Positions 37,090-46,569 of a stretch of 64,000 nucleotides of DNA are shown here, piece after piece (within the stretch, counting starts at the first letter, position 1; every line of letters begins with the position of its first letter). The notes under the pieces were generated by a model, which had not been told where the DNA came from, did no database searches, and worked only from the letters and a program-made list of their open reading frames with translations. Origin of the DNA: Planctomycetota bacterium (GTDB taxonomy: Bacteria; Planctomycetota; UBA1135; GCA-002748355); contig JALUUL010000052.1 of the NCBI GenBank assembly GCA_027021385.1, positions 19,567-83,566 on the forward strand, written 5' to 3'. Both the position numbers and the translations under genes were made by a program.

Positions 37090-38436
37090 CTAGTCTCCCT
37101 CGATCCTCCGCGTCACCTTCCATATCCCCGACATCCTCGGAGGCCTTTCCCCGACGACCCTTTCTTCGCCGCCCGAGTAGCCGAGTTCGTGAAGGAGCCA
37201 GGCGAGGAACTGTTCGGCCTCGGCGACCATCGTCCCGGTCACGACGATCGGGTGCACGAGCATGACGGCGGGACGGAGGAGCTTCCTGCAGGCCTGGAGC
37301 AATGCGAGGATCGGTTCATGTCCCGCTTCGAGTCTCTCTCCGAAGATCTTTCGGGCGAGATCGCTGAAATTCCACCGGTTCGGAGCCTCGGTCAGTTCGA
37401 GTTCCGAACGGTGGGCCAGCCCATGGTCGAGGAGGATGGACTCGAACAAGGATCCAAGGTGCACGAGACACAGGCGGAGGTCCTCTTGAGCCTTCGCGTG
37501 ACGGTAGGACCGCAGATCGAGCTTCACCTGCGCCCGCACTCTATGGTCATGGATCAACGCAGCTCGGAACCCGGAATCCAGCGGAGTCGGGGGAGGACTT
37601 TGGGGCGCGGTCCGTCCTCGGAACTCGGGCGGACCCTGTGCTTCCGGCTTCCCTTCCAGGTCCGATGCGGCTGATTCCTCCCACGATGGAACGGAGGTCC
37701 CGACCCCGATCTTTTTCGGATACACCGGAAAATGATTCCCCTCCTCGGCATATTCAGCCCTCCGAGGGCCCTCGTTTCCGGAATCGGGAAAAGGCGTTAT
37801 CGAAGGAACCGAGCACCTCCACCCCCCTTCTCTTCCACCCCCGGGGGGAAGCATCATGGGAACCGGATCCCCTCCTCTCTCGAGGGTCTTCCCGGCCCCG
37901 AAGAGAAGGGTGTCTTTTCCCTTCGAGGTTCCGCTTCCTTCGGTATCGCGGAGATTCATGCTGCCGTAGGTGTCCCAGATCCTCCGGTCGACCTCTCCCG
38001 TGTGGAATCTCCGCACGCTCGGGGTGTTCATCGATATCGGGTCTGGGTGGAGGATCGGGCGGATCGGCCGGGTCATCAGCCCGGAGGCCAGGCTGACTCC
38101 GAGCCTCACCTTCTCCTCGATCCACCTCCGCTGATCCGGCGTCACGGACTCCGATAGGATCAAGTGCTCGAGTTCCGCGGCGTAGTGGACCAGGCAGGCG
38201 GCGAGGAGGTTCCGGCCCTCCTCGTCCAGATAGAGTTCCCCGCCGCCTCCTCCGAAGGCCTCAAGTCGTTTCCGCAAGTACGCCTCGAGCCTCCTCACGG
38301 CCGCGAACTGGCCGCCGAGCTCGGGGGGTTCCTTGCATCCCCCCTCCTGTACCCGCGCGAAATAGTTTCGGAGATGGGTCAGCGCGCATTTCGCCGCGTC
38401 CGCGGCAAGCCCCGATTCTCGCAGATCCAAACGCAT
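37090..38436 (-). CDS. Hypothetical protein (~448 aa) with two helical regions separated by a low-complexity linker
   Basis: The ATG at 38436 is preceded by GGAGGA. The tracked start is 38502. The helical N- and C-terminal regions have ordinary composition. No recognised motif. Confidence 0.5.
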   Translation of the reverse strand: MRLDLRESGLAADAAKCALTHLRNYFARVQEGGCKEPPELGGQFAAVRRLEAYLRKRLEAFGGGGGELYLDEEGRNLLAACLVHYAAELEHLILSESVTPDQRRWIEEKVRLGVSLASGLMTRPIRPILHPDPISMNTPSVRRFHTGEVDRRIWDTYGSMNLRDTEGSGTSKGKDTLLFGAGKTLERGGDPVPMMLPPGGGREGGWRCSVPSITPFPDSGNEGPRRAEYAEEGNHFPVYPKKIGVGTSVPSWEESAASDLEGKPEAQGPPEFRGRTAPQSPPPTPLDSGFRAALIHDHRVRAQVKLDLRSYRHAKAQEDLRLCLVHLGSLFESILLDHGLAHRSELELTEAPNRWNFSDLARKIFGERLEAGHEPILALLQACRKLLRPAVMLVHPIVVTGTMVAEAEQFLAWLLHELGYSGGEERVVGERPPRMSGIWKVTRRIEGD

Positions 38437-38556
38437 GGTCCTCCTGGACTCGAACTCTTCCCTCCATCGACCGGGTAACGCAGGACCCTTGACGATCCGC
38501 ACCGTCCCCGATCGAGACGTCTTCTCTCAGGGGGAGGGACGGGCGATGATGCACCC

Positions 38557-40005
38557 ATGCCAAGGGAATCGAGACTCCCTGTCCCGATCCGCAACGCCCT
38601 TCCAGAGGGGCGGATTCTCGAGGATCCCGCCACCAGGCTGGTTTACGAATACGACGCTTGGTCCATCGTCAGGAATCCGCCGCTCGCGGTGGCCTTTCCC
38701 GAGTCGACCGCTGAGGTCCGAAACCTCGTTCGGGCCTGCATCGAATCCGGTGTCGCCTGGACGGCCCGTGGAGCCGGAACCTGCCTGAGCGGAGGCGCGA
38801 CCCCTTCCGGCGGAACCTGCCTCCTTATCGAGACATCCCGGATGGACCGGATCCTCTCCCTGGATCCCGAGGATCGGATCGCCGTCGTTCAACCGGGAAG
38901 AATCAACCTCGAACTCTCCCGGGCCGCCGCGCCTTTCGGCCTTCACTTTGCCCCGGACCCGAGCAGCCAGAGCGCCTCGACTCTCGGCGGGAACCTCGCC
39001 GAGAACGCCGGCGGTCCTCATTGTTTCAAGTACGGCATGACGACCGACCACGTCCTCGGATTGACCCTCGTCGACGGGGAGGGAGAAGTCTGCCGCCTGC
39101 ATCGGGATGACGGGCTGGACCTCTGCGGGCTCGTCGTCGGCTCGGAAGGAACCTTCGGCGTCCTGACGGAATGCGAACTACGCCTGATTCCAACGCCCAC
39201 CGCCGTCCGCACCTTTCTCGCCTCCTTCTCGAGCATGGAGGCCGCCTGCCGCGCGGTCGCGAAGATCGTCTCCTCCGGAACCGTGCCCGCGGCCCTCGAG
39301 ATTCTCGACAGGTTGTCGATCGAGGCGGTCGAGGCGAGCGTCTTCGCCGCCGGCTATCCCAAGGGGGCCGACGCCGTCCTCCTCGTCGAGCTGGACGGCG
39401 AGGAGGACGAGGTCGAGGCCGAACGGATCCCCGTGCTGCGCGCCGTCCAGTCCGAAGCGCCCCTCGAGGTCGAGGAGACCTCCGACCCCGAACAGAGAGC
39501 ACGCCTATGGAGGGGACGCAAGGGAGCCTTCGGCGCGATGGGAAGGCTCAAACCCGATCTCTTCGTCCTCGACGGAGTCGTTCCCCCTTCGAAGCTCGCT
39601 GCCGTGCTGGCCGAAATCACCGCGATCGGAAGGGAACAGGACATCCTCCTCTCCAACGTCTTCCATGCAGGAGACGGAAACCTTCATCCGAACCTCTCCT
39701 TCGACGGACGGAACCCAGGGGAACGGGAGCGGGCGATGGAAGCGGGAAGGAGGATCCTGAAGCTCTGCGTCGACGCCGGAGGAAGTATTTCCGGGGAGCA
39801 CGGGATCGGCTTCGAGAAGATCGAACACCTGTCGTATCTCTTCTCCCCGACCGATCTCGAGATCCTCGGCGAGGTTCGACGCTGCTTCGACCCGGCGGAG
39901 CGTTGCAACCCGGGGAAGGTCCTTCCGCTCGGGCGTGCCTGCGGGGAAGGGAGTTCGGCGCGCAGGCCCGGGATCCTCCCCTCCCGGGAAAGGGAGGATC
40001 CGTGA
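38557..40005 (+). CDS. glcD: Glycolate oxidase subunit GlcD (FAD-linked oxidase)
   Basis: FAD_binding_4 pattern (ARGAGTCLSGGATP, VQPGRINLELS, GGNLAENAGG) and C-terminal FAD-oxidase domain (SGEHGIGFEK). Confidence 0.9.
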   Translation: MPRESRLPVPIRNALPEGRILEDPATRLVYEYDAWSIVRNPPLAVAFPESTAEVRNLVRACIESGVAWTARGAGTCLSGGATPSGGTCLLIETSRMDRILSLDPEDRIAVVQPGRINLELSRAAAPFGLHFAPDPSSQSASTLGGNLAENAGGPHCFKYGMTTDHVLGLTLVDGEGEVCRLHRDDGLDLCGLVVGSEGTFGVLTECELRLIPTPTAVRTFLASFSSMEAACRAVAKIVSSGTVPAALEILDRLSIEAVEASVFAAGYPKGADAVLLVELDGEEDEVEAERIPVLRAVQSEAPLEVEETSDPEQRARLWRGRKGAFGAMGRLKPDLFVLDGVVPPSKLAAVLAEITAIGREQDILLSNVFHAGDGNLHPNLSFDGRNPGERERAMEAGRRILKLCVDAGGSISGEHGIGFEKIEHLSYLFSPTDLEILGEVRRCFDPAERCNPGKVLPLGRACGEGSSARRPGILPSREREDP

Positions 40006-41072
40006 CCTCCCCCCTCTTTCCCGGAGACCCTGTCGAACTCGCGGACTTGCTCAAGGAGGGCGCGGCGCAGGGACGGAAGGCCTTCGTCGCGGGAAGGGAT
40101 TCCCGCGCGGGATTCGGCGCGGATCCCGGACCTATCGACCTGCGCCTTCGGCTCGAACGGATGACCGGGTTCCTGCGCTTCTCCCCCGAGGACCTGACCT
40201 GCAGCCTCGGACCGGGGACGACCCTCGGAGAGTTCGAGGAGACCCTGTCCGAAGAGGGCCTCGCCTTCGCTCCCGGTCCGTTCCACGGATGCCGGGAGAG
40301 GACCCTCGGCGGCCTCCTCGCGGAATCCCCCCCGAATCCCCGCGGCTTCGACCGGGCCCACCTCCGTTCCCAGTGCCTGGGTTTCGAAGCGGTCGACGGA
40401 CGGGGGCGACGGTTCGCGGCGGGAGGACGAGTCGTCAAGAACGTCGCTGGCTACGACCTCATGAAGCTCTTCGTCGGGAGCGGGGGAGCCTTGATGGCCG
40501 TGACCCGCCTCGAACTCCGATTGATCGCGCTCCCCCCCGTGATCCTCTGCCTGCGCTCCGACTGGCTCCCCCCCCTCGAGGCGGCGGGGGTCTGGCGGAA
40601 GTTGCGGCGGAGACTCCCGACTCCGTCCTGGCTCGATCTCGTGCTCGACGGCGGGCGGGCCTGCGTCGAACTCGGCCTGGCCGGCGCAGCCTCCCACGTC
40701 ACCGAACTCGCTCGCGGGAGCGGACTCCGGACCGTCGCCGAGGGGCTCGAGGCCTGGAGGGGCGGGGGAGGAACGGAGATCCCGGCCGGAGGAGAAGTCC
40801 GGGGAAGGGTCCGACCCTCGGAGGTCGGAAGCTTCCTCGAATCGCTCGGCGGGAATGCCCGCGGGCGGATCCACTACCAGGGAGCCTTCGGGCTGGAAGT
40901 CGGGTACCCCGACTCCCTTCCTCCTGCGTTCCGCGGCCCCCCCTCTCTCGAGCCCGCAGCGGCGAAGATCGCCCTCCGGCTCAAGGACCGCCTGGGAGGA
41001 ATCCTCGCCCCTGGAAGGCTCTCGTTTCGGATTCCCCGGCCCCTCCCCGAGAGGGGGAGGCGGGTTCGATGA
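40002..41072 (+). CDS. glcE: Glycolate oxidase FAD-binding subunit GlcE
   Basis: The GTG at 40002 overlaps the glcD stop (GTGA), with GGGAAAGGGAGG upstream. The FAD-binding PCMH-type pattern is VVKNVAGYDLMKLFVGSGGAL. Confidence 0.8.
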   Translation: MTSPLFPGDPVELADLLKEGAAQGRKAFVAGRDSRAGFGADPGPIDLRLRLERMTGFLRFSPEDLTCSLGPGTTLGEFEETLSEEGLAFAPGPFHGCRERTLGGLLAESPPNPRGFDRAHLRSQCLGFEAVDGRGRRFAAGGRVVKNVAGYDLMKLFVGSGGALMAVTRLELRLIALPPVILCLRSDWLPPLEAAGVWRKLRRRLPTPSWLDLVLDGGRACVELGLAGAASHVTELARGSGLRTVAEGLEAWRGGGGTEIPAGGEVRGRVRPSEVGSFLESLGGNARGRIHYQGAFGLEVGYPDSLPPAFRGPPSLEPAAAKIALRLKDRLGGILAPGRLSFRIPRPLPERGRRVR

Positions 41073-42457
41073 TTCCGACCGACGAGCCCTGTCTCTCCGC
41101 AGCCGACCCCGGCTCCCCTCCCCCGCCGACGGACCTCCCGCAGGACGCCGCCCTGGAAATGCTCCGCTCCCCCTACGAGAGAAGTCTCGACTGCGTGCAC
41201 TGCGGGCTCTGCCTCCCTCCCTGTCCGACCTACCGCGTTTCGGGACACGAATCCGATTCCCCGAGAGGCCGAATCCTCCTGATCCGGGCGATGGCCGAGG
41301 GACGCCTGTCTCCCGACGACGCGAGCGGATGGGAGGCCCTCGACGGTTGCCTCGACTGCCGGGCCTGCGAGAGCGCCTGCCCCTCGGGAGTCACCTACGG
41401 CCGCATCCTCGAGGAGACGAGAAGGGAACGCCCTCGGCTCGCGCGCGGTTCCCTCCGGGAGCGGAGCCTCCGCTTCCTACTGGATCGATTCATCGCCTCC
41501 CCTCGAGGCAGGAAGGCCGCTCTCGAAGCGGCGGTCCTCCTGCGGGCCCTCGGTCTCGACCGGCTCCTCTCCCGCCTTCCCGTCCTTCCCGGTCTCCTCC
41601 GCCACGCCCTCTCCCTCGGTCGATCCCTTCCCCCCCGCTCCTCCCGGAGACCGATCCCTCCCGGCCTCTACCCGGCCGAGGGTCCCCCGAAGGCGCGGAT
41701 CGGGCTCTTCACGGGCTGCTTGATGGAGGATTTCTTCGGAAACGCGAACCGCGCGGCCCTCTCTCTCCTCCGCCGCTGCGGTCTCGAAGTGCTGGTTCCC
41801 TCGGACCAGGGATGTTGCGGCGCCCTGCATCTGCACCAGGGATTCGAGGAGGCCTGCGTCCGGCTCCTCGAACGGAACTTCGCGGCCTTCGAGGGGGTCG
41901 ACTTCATCGTCTCGACCGCAGCCGGCTGCGGGTCCACCCTCCGCGAAGCGGGGGCGATCCGTGGGAACGACAGGGCCTGCGCCTTCTCTTCCCGGGTCCT
42001 GGACCTGAGTGTCTGCCTGGATCGCTTCGGCCCTCCTCCCCGCCCCCGGGCCGTTCCTCTCCGGGTCGTCTGGGACGATCCCTGCCACCTCCGCCACGCC
42101 CAGGGGATCACAGAGGAACCCCGAAGACTCCTGCGCGGCATCCCCGGACTCCGTCTCCTGGAGGTCGAAGCCTCCGAATCCTGCTGCGGAAGCGCGGGGA
42201 TCTACAACCTCCGCCGCCCCGAGACGGCCGACGCGATCCTCGAGCGGAGGCTCGAGGCCCTTCTCGGTTCCGGCGCCGAAGCCGTCGTCACGGGGAACCC
42301 CGGTTGTCAGCTTCAGATCGCGAACGGCCTCCGGGCCCGGAGGAGCCCGCTCGAGGTCTTCCATCTCGCGGAGATCCTCGAGCGGGCCGCGGGGGGCGGG
42401 GAGACCGCCCCGAAGGCCCCCGCCCTCAACGGGTCTCGATCGTCACGGCCGGCGTGA
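41069..42457 (+). CDS. glcF: Glycolate oxidase iron-sulfur subunit GlcF
   Basis: The ATG at 41069 overlaps the glcE stop (ATGA). Two 4Fe-4S motifs are present (CVHCGLCLPPCP, CLDCRACESACP) along with two CCG-type Cys-rich domains (GCCGALH, ESCCGSAG). Confidence 0.9.
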   Translation: MIPTDEPCLSAADPGSPPPPTDLPQDAALEMLRSPYERSLDCVHCGLCLPPCPTYRVSGHESDSPRGRILLIRAMAEGRLSPDDASGWEALDGCLDCRACESACPSGVTYGRILEETRRERPRLARGSLRERSLRFLLDRFIASPRGRKAALEAAVLLRALGLDRLLSRLPVLPGLLRHALSLGRSLPPRSSRRPIPPGLYPAEGPPKARIGLFTGCLMEDFFGNANRAALSLLRRCGLEVLVPSDQGCCGALHLHQGFEEACVRLLERNFAAFEGVDFIVSTAAGCGSTLREAGAIRGNDRACAFSSRVLDLSVCLDRFGPPPRPRAVPLRVVWDDPCHLRHAQGITEEPRRLLRGIPGLRLLEVEASESCCGSAGIYNLRRPETADAILERRLEALLGSGAEAVVTGNPGCQLQIANGLRARRSPLEVFHLAEILERAAGGGETAPKAPALNGSRSSRPA

Positions 42458-42911
42458 AGGTCGGGAGCACGCCCGAGGTCCAGGCCGTCATCTGCAAGGC
42501 CTGGAGACTGAAGCGAAAGCCCTTCGGGAGCAGCGGGAGCTTCCACTTCAAGACATGCAGGCCTCCAGGACAGGCGAGAATGCGGTCCGGCGTCGACAGG
42601 GAACCGGCCGCCGCCGGGAAGACCGGGAGATTCAGGATGAGCCCGTTCTTGATTCCGGGAATCCTCGCGCAGGCGGAGGCGCGGAAGCCGAGCAGGAGCC
42701 AGAACGGCTGCTTGAAGGTCCCTCGGAGGGAGACGGTCAGGACCGCCGCCCTCCTGACTCGCAGGACGTAAGGGGTGCAGGTGAATCCCCGGCACAGGTT
42801 CCCGGCGGCCGAGGTCCCGTTGGTCACCGAGATGCCGTTGTCCCCGGGGCGGATCTGCGCGCCGAGGGATGAAACGAGGAAGAGAACGGCGGACAACAGG
42901 ATCGAACGCAT
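42426..42911 (-). CDS. Secreted hypothetical protein (161 aa), stand-alone copy of the module shared with the next two genes
   Basis: The signal peptide is MRSILLSAVLFLVSSLGAQ. The pattern LTVSLRG...FWLLLGF...LKWKLPLLPKGFRFSLQALQ parallels the neighbours. The 3' end overlaps the glcF 3' end convergently by 32 nt. Confidence 0.55.
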   Translation of the reverse strand: MRSILLSAVLFLVSSLGAQIRPGDNGISVTNGTSAAGNLCRGFTCTPYVLRVRRAAVLTVSLRGTFKQPFWLLLGFRASACARIPGIKNGLILNLPVFPAAAGSLSTPDRILACPGGLHVLKWKLPLLPKGFRFSLQALQMTAWTSGVLPTFTPAVTIETR

Positions 42912-42941
42912 CGTTTCCTCCTTTCCCCGATGGATCGGGGT

Positions 42942-44000
42942 TCAGCCGATCAGGAGGCGGAGCGCGTCGGAGAGGGTCAACGGAACGGGCCTCTTGCTCC
43001 CGGGATCCACGACCCCCCACTGCACGTAGAGACTCTGCCCCCGGAGGGAGGGAATCGCGGGGATGCTAAAGGGCACGGAACCGGAGCCCATGCCTGGAGC
43101 CCCGCCGACCGTCGGCGTCGTGAAGATGAAATCCGCGCCCGCATAGAGCGTGCACCCCGGGATCCCCGCGTTCTTCAGGGGCAGCGGCAAGGTGAAACCT
43201 CCCCACTTCGTCGCGCTCAGGCCCAAGAAGAGCAGGGCCGTGGACTGGGGCCGGGCGCCGGAGACCAGGATCTTGAACGAACGGTTCCCGACGACCGGGA
43301 AGCCGTTGAGGGTGTCGATGCGCGGCGTCCGGTTCCCATCCCCGGGGCAACCCTTCCCGTAACGGAGAGCCACGCCGAGAACGTACGAGAAGCGAACGAC
43401 GAGCCCGACCCCGTTCTGATTGAAGGTCGCGGTCGTCGCGTTCGGACCGGTAGTGGAATACAACCGTTTCGTCGGTCCGGCGACGACCCCGTCGAACTGG
43501 TAGAAGAAGGAGCGGTTCCGGTTGGAATTCCCATGGATGCGGACGTCGAGGACGAAGTTGGACTTCCCGTCCCAGGTGAACTCCTTGCGGAAGGGGATGT
43601 TGAGCACCCAGGCACCGGCGGTGGAAGTCGGAAGAGTGATCGAGGCCTTCGGGAAGACCGGGACCGGATTGATCAGGTTGCTGTTGAAGAAGCTGCTGAT
43701 CGTGCTGGAGGCCTTTCCGATCCAGACCTCCATCGTGACGGAATGCCCCTTGAGACCGGTCATCTTCGCGCGGAAGGCGACGCCTCTCAGGCGGGCCGGA
43801 GACTTGAGAACCTTCGCGAGGTCCGCGCCCTGGATGACCTGCTGGTAGCGCATCGGCGAACCCGCGAAGGGGAACGACGACTGGCTGTTGCCAACTTTCT
43901 TCGCCCAGGACGGGAAGACCGCCGTCTGGAGGGTCTGGGCGCCGGCCTGGGAGAGCGCGGCGACGAGGGCAAGGGGACACAGGAGATGGACGGTTCGCAT
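42942..44000 (-). CDS. Secreted hypothetical protein (352 aa) with C-terminal shared module
   Basis: The signal peptide is MRTVHLLCPLALVAALSQAGAQ. The beta-rich body has N, S, T and F-rich composition. The C-terminal segment is YGKGCPGDG...FKILVSGARPQSTALLFLGLS...VPFSIPAIPSLRGQSLYVQWGVVD. Confidence 0.65.
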   Translation of the reverse strand: MRTVHLLCPLALVAALSQAGAQTLQTAVFPSWAKKVGNSQSSFPFAGSPMRYQQVIQGADLAKVLKSPARLRGVAFRAKMTGLKGHSVTMEVWIGKASSTISSFFNSNLINPVPVFPKASITLPTSTAGAWVLNIPFRKEFTWDGKSNFVLDVRIHGNSNRNRSFFYQFDGVVAGPTKRLYSTTGPNATTATFNQNGVGLVVRFSYVLGVALRYGKGCPGDGNRTPRIDTLNGFPVVGNRSFKILVSGARPQSTALLFLGLSATKWGGFTLPLPLKNAGIPGCTLYAGADFIFTTPTVGGAPGMGSGSVPFSIPAIPSLRGQSLYVQWGVVDPGSKRPVPLTLSDALRLLIG

Positions 44001-44238
44001 CGGGTTTCTCCTCCGGGAATCCTCCGCGGAACAGGAGGTCGGGGTCCCGTCTCGACGGCGGAACGGGGAATCTCGGAATTCTACTCCCGGATCCGCCCGG
44101 CGGGTCGATCCGAGACGGAAACCCCCTTCGGGGCGTCCTCTGCCGATATAGGCGCGGAGAACGCGACCGCAACGGGGGGACCGCGATCTTCCCCGAAACC
44201 TCTCCCCAAGGGGATGGGATGGGCCCGGCTTCCCGGAG

Positions 44239-45771
44239 TCAGGGGAGGAGGAGTTCCCAGGTGTTGACCGCCGTGCCCGAGGCGCCCGTCCCTCCCCCGA
44301 TGACGATCGAAGCCCCGGCCCCGCCGAGGAATCCCGCCTGCCCCGCGCGCCCGACCTTCATCGAGGGGAGGGCCGCCCAGGTTCCCTTCACGGGATCGTA
44401 GACCTCGCATCCGGTCAGGGCCTTCGGGGCGAGGAGCGTCCCCTGGGCCCCGCCGAGGACCCGGATCCGCCCGCCGGAATCGACGAGGGTCGTAAAGAGC
44501 CCCCGCGCCGAGGCCATCGAGGCGGCGGCGCTCCAGCGGCCCGTCCTCGGGTCGAAGAGTTCGCAGGAGGATCGAGCGCTGCCCCCGCTCGTGATCGGCC
44601 CCCCGACCCCGCCGATCGCCAGCACCTTCCCGTTCGCAAGCTGCACGAGGGAATGGAGCCCCCGATCGGTCGCCATCGGAGACACGGCCGTGAAGCGGTT
44701 CGTTTTCGGGTCGTAGATCTCGCAGGTCTTCGTGATCGAGGGGACCTTGAAGAAGAAGATCGTCTTCCAGGTCACCCCCCCGGAGAAGAGCACCCTCCCG
44801 TCCTTCAAGAGGAGGGCCTGGTGTCCGGCCCGCGGAATCGTCATGTTCGGCCCGCGGGTCCAGGCCCCGGTCCTCGGATCGTAGATCTCCGTGCTCTTGA
44901 GGGCGGAAGACAGGGCGGTGAGCTGGTTGTTGAGATCCGAGAGCCCCCCCGCGACCAGGACCTTCCCGTTCGGGAGGAGGGTCGCGCTGTGCTCCATCCG
45001 CTTGAAGGACATCGGTTTCGCGGCGAGAAAGGTCCCGGTCTTCGGGTCGAAGAGTTCGCAGGAGGTCTGGGGATCGTTCAGGACATCGACGCCCCCGGCG
45101 AGGAGCCACTTCCCGCTCGGGAGCCTCGTGGCCGTGTGGACGGCCCGGACCGCGCGCATCGTCGGCCCCCTCTTGAAGCTCCGATCCAGTTCGTCGAACC
45201 ACTCGGTCGTGTTCGTGGCGGTCAGGCCGAGCAGGCTCCCGGTGCCGCCCCCGGCGATCAGGTGGCGGCCGTCCCCGATCGGGATCTCGACCGCCCAGGC
45301 CCTCTTCTGGATCAGGAAGGTCTTCGCACTGAGTCTCCAGGCGCCGCCGAGATCGAGCATCGTCGTTCCGACCGGCGAAACCTGATCGAAGGTCCTTCCG
45401 ATCCCCGGAAGGCTGATCGCCTGATGGACGAGCCCCTGTCCGGCCAGGGCGGCCGTGTTCGGAACGGGCAGGAGGATCGTCGCCTTCCCCGCGGCGGAAA
45501 AGGACCCGACGATCCAGAGGCCGGGTTGGTCGAGCCCCACTTCGAGAAAGCGGGAATCCCTCGGATCGATCAACGAGAGCGGAAAGCGGGCGCGCTTTCC
45601 GGAGCTCAGGAGCAGGAAGGGGAGGAAGCCCCTCTTCTGCGCCAGATCGAATCGAAGGGTCTTGCCGAGCGCCCCCCCGTCGATCGACAGACGCATCTGG
45701 CCCGGCAGGGCGGCGGCGCAGGCGAGGGCGAGGAGGAAGGAAGGAACGGAATGAGAGAGGCGGTGAGGCAT
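44239..45771 (-). CDS. Secreted Kelch-repeat beta-propeller protein with N-terminal shared module (511 aa)
   Basis: The start is MPHRLSHSVPSFLLALACAAALPG. The N-terminal module is LRFDLAQKRGFLPFLLLSSG...ILLPVPNTAALAGQGLVHQAISL. Repeated Kelch blades then follow (LPSGKWLLAGG, LPNGKVLVAGG, LKDGRVLFSGG, LANGKVLAIGG, GGRIRVLGG). The tracked ORF up to 46455 is an extension across the opposite-strand adenosyltransferase gene. Confidence 0.85.
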   Translation of the reverse strand: MPHRLSHSVPSFLLALACAAALPGQMRLSIDGGALGKTLRFDLAQKRGFLPFLLLSSGKRARFPLSLIDPRDSRFLEVGLDQPGLWIVGSFSAAGKATILLPVPNTAALAGQGLVHQAISLPGIGRTFDQVSPVGTTMLDLGGAWRLSAKTFLIQKRAWAVEIPIGDGRHLIAGGGTGSLLGLTATNTTEWFDELDRSFKRGPTMRAVRAVHTATRLPSGKWLLAGGVDVLNDPQTSCELFDPKTGTFLAAKPMSFKRMEHSATLLPNGKVLVAGGLSDLNNQLTALSSALKSTEIYDPRTGAWTRGPNMTIPRAGHQALLLKDGRVLFSGGVTWKTIFFFKVPSITKTCEIYDPKTNRFTAVSPMATDRGLHSLVQLANGKVLAIGGVGGPITSGGSARSSCELFDPRTGRWSAAASMASARGLFTTLVDSGGRIRVLGGAQGTLLAPKALTGCEVYDPVKGTWAALPSMKVGRAGQAGFLGGAGASIVIGGGTGASGTAVNTWELLLP

Positions 45772-45957
45772 ATGCGTTCTCCGATCGGAGGGACGGCGGG
45801 ATTCTACCGCCCGAGCCCGCCCCGGACAGGGGCCCTCCGAGAATCCTCTCCGTTCCGGGGAGGCCGCCCCCTTTCCGGGCTCCCGGGAGCGGGACCTCCC
45901 GCCCGGGGCTAGACTGGAAGGCCGACCCCATGGAGGTCGTGGAGACGGACGGCGAAC

Positions 45958-46515
45958 ATGCGCATCTATACAGGAACCGGCGACGACGGCGAGACCGGGC
46001 TCTTCGACGGGAGCAGGGTCCCGAAGGAATCTGCCAGGGTCGAGGCCTACGGCGCCCTCGACGAACTGAACAGCCTGCTCGGCCTCCTTAGGGCCGAACC
46101 CCTCGCAGAGGAGGTCGACGAGGGACTTCGGGAGATCCAGCGCGACCTCTTCGAAATCGGGGGGGACCTCGCGACCCCGGGGAGCGAAACCTGCCTCGCC
46201 TTCCTGCCGGAGAGGATCCGCGCCCTCGAGGCTTGGATGGACCGCCTGACGGCCTCGCTCCCCAGCCTGCGGAGCTTCGTCCTTCCCGGGGGTTCGCGTT
46301 CGGCGGCCCTCGCCCAGGTCGCCCGGACGGTCTGCCGGCGGGCCGAACGCAGGGCGTGGAGTCTCGCCCGATCCTCGGCCCTGCCGAAGCCCCTCCTCGT
46401 CTACCTGAACCGCCTCTCCGACCTCTGCTTCCTCCTGGCCAGGTCCGAGAACCACAGGGCGGGGATCGCCGAGGCCCCCTGGGAACCCAGGTCCCGCTCC
46501 AAGGACGGGACCTGA
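45958..46515 (+). CDS. PduO-type ATP:cob(I)alamin adenosyltransferase
   Basis: MRIYTGTGDDGETGLFDGSRVPK, EAYGALDELNSLLG, FVLPGGS, RTVCRRAER and YLNRLSDLCF give the canonical PduO/MMAB N-terminal domain pattern. Confidence 0.9.
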   Translation: MRIYTGTGDDGETGLFDGSRVPKESARVEAYGALDELNSLLGLLRAEPLAEEVDEGLREIQRDLFEIGGDLATPGSETCLAFLPERIRALEAWMDRLTASLPSLRSFVLPGGSRSAALAQVARTVCRRAERRAWSLARSSALPKPLLVYLNRLSDLCFLLARSENHRAGIAEAPWEPRSRSKDGT

Positions 46516-46569
46516 ACCCGGCCGGGCCCGCGCAGGTCCCGATCGCCCCCTCGCCCGGACCTTCCCGTC

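Noticed and set aside
39171-41068. 5' extensions of the glcE (from 39171) and glcF (from 39935) ORFs. Also antisense ORFs 39617..40438, 39684..40874 and 40855..42771.
   Set aside because: These are off-frame overlaps of glcD, glcE and glcF. Coupled GTGA and ATGA starts with an RBS give canonical-length products.
44081-46455. Tracked 738-aa ORF (44239..46455), the 616-aa ORF 44081..45931 (-) and the 419-aa ORF 44653..45912 (+).
   Set aside because: Only the frame with the signal peptide and Kelch blades, starting at 45771, is protein-like. The extension would overlap the PduO-type adenosyltransferase gene on the other strand.
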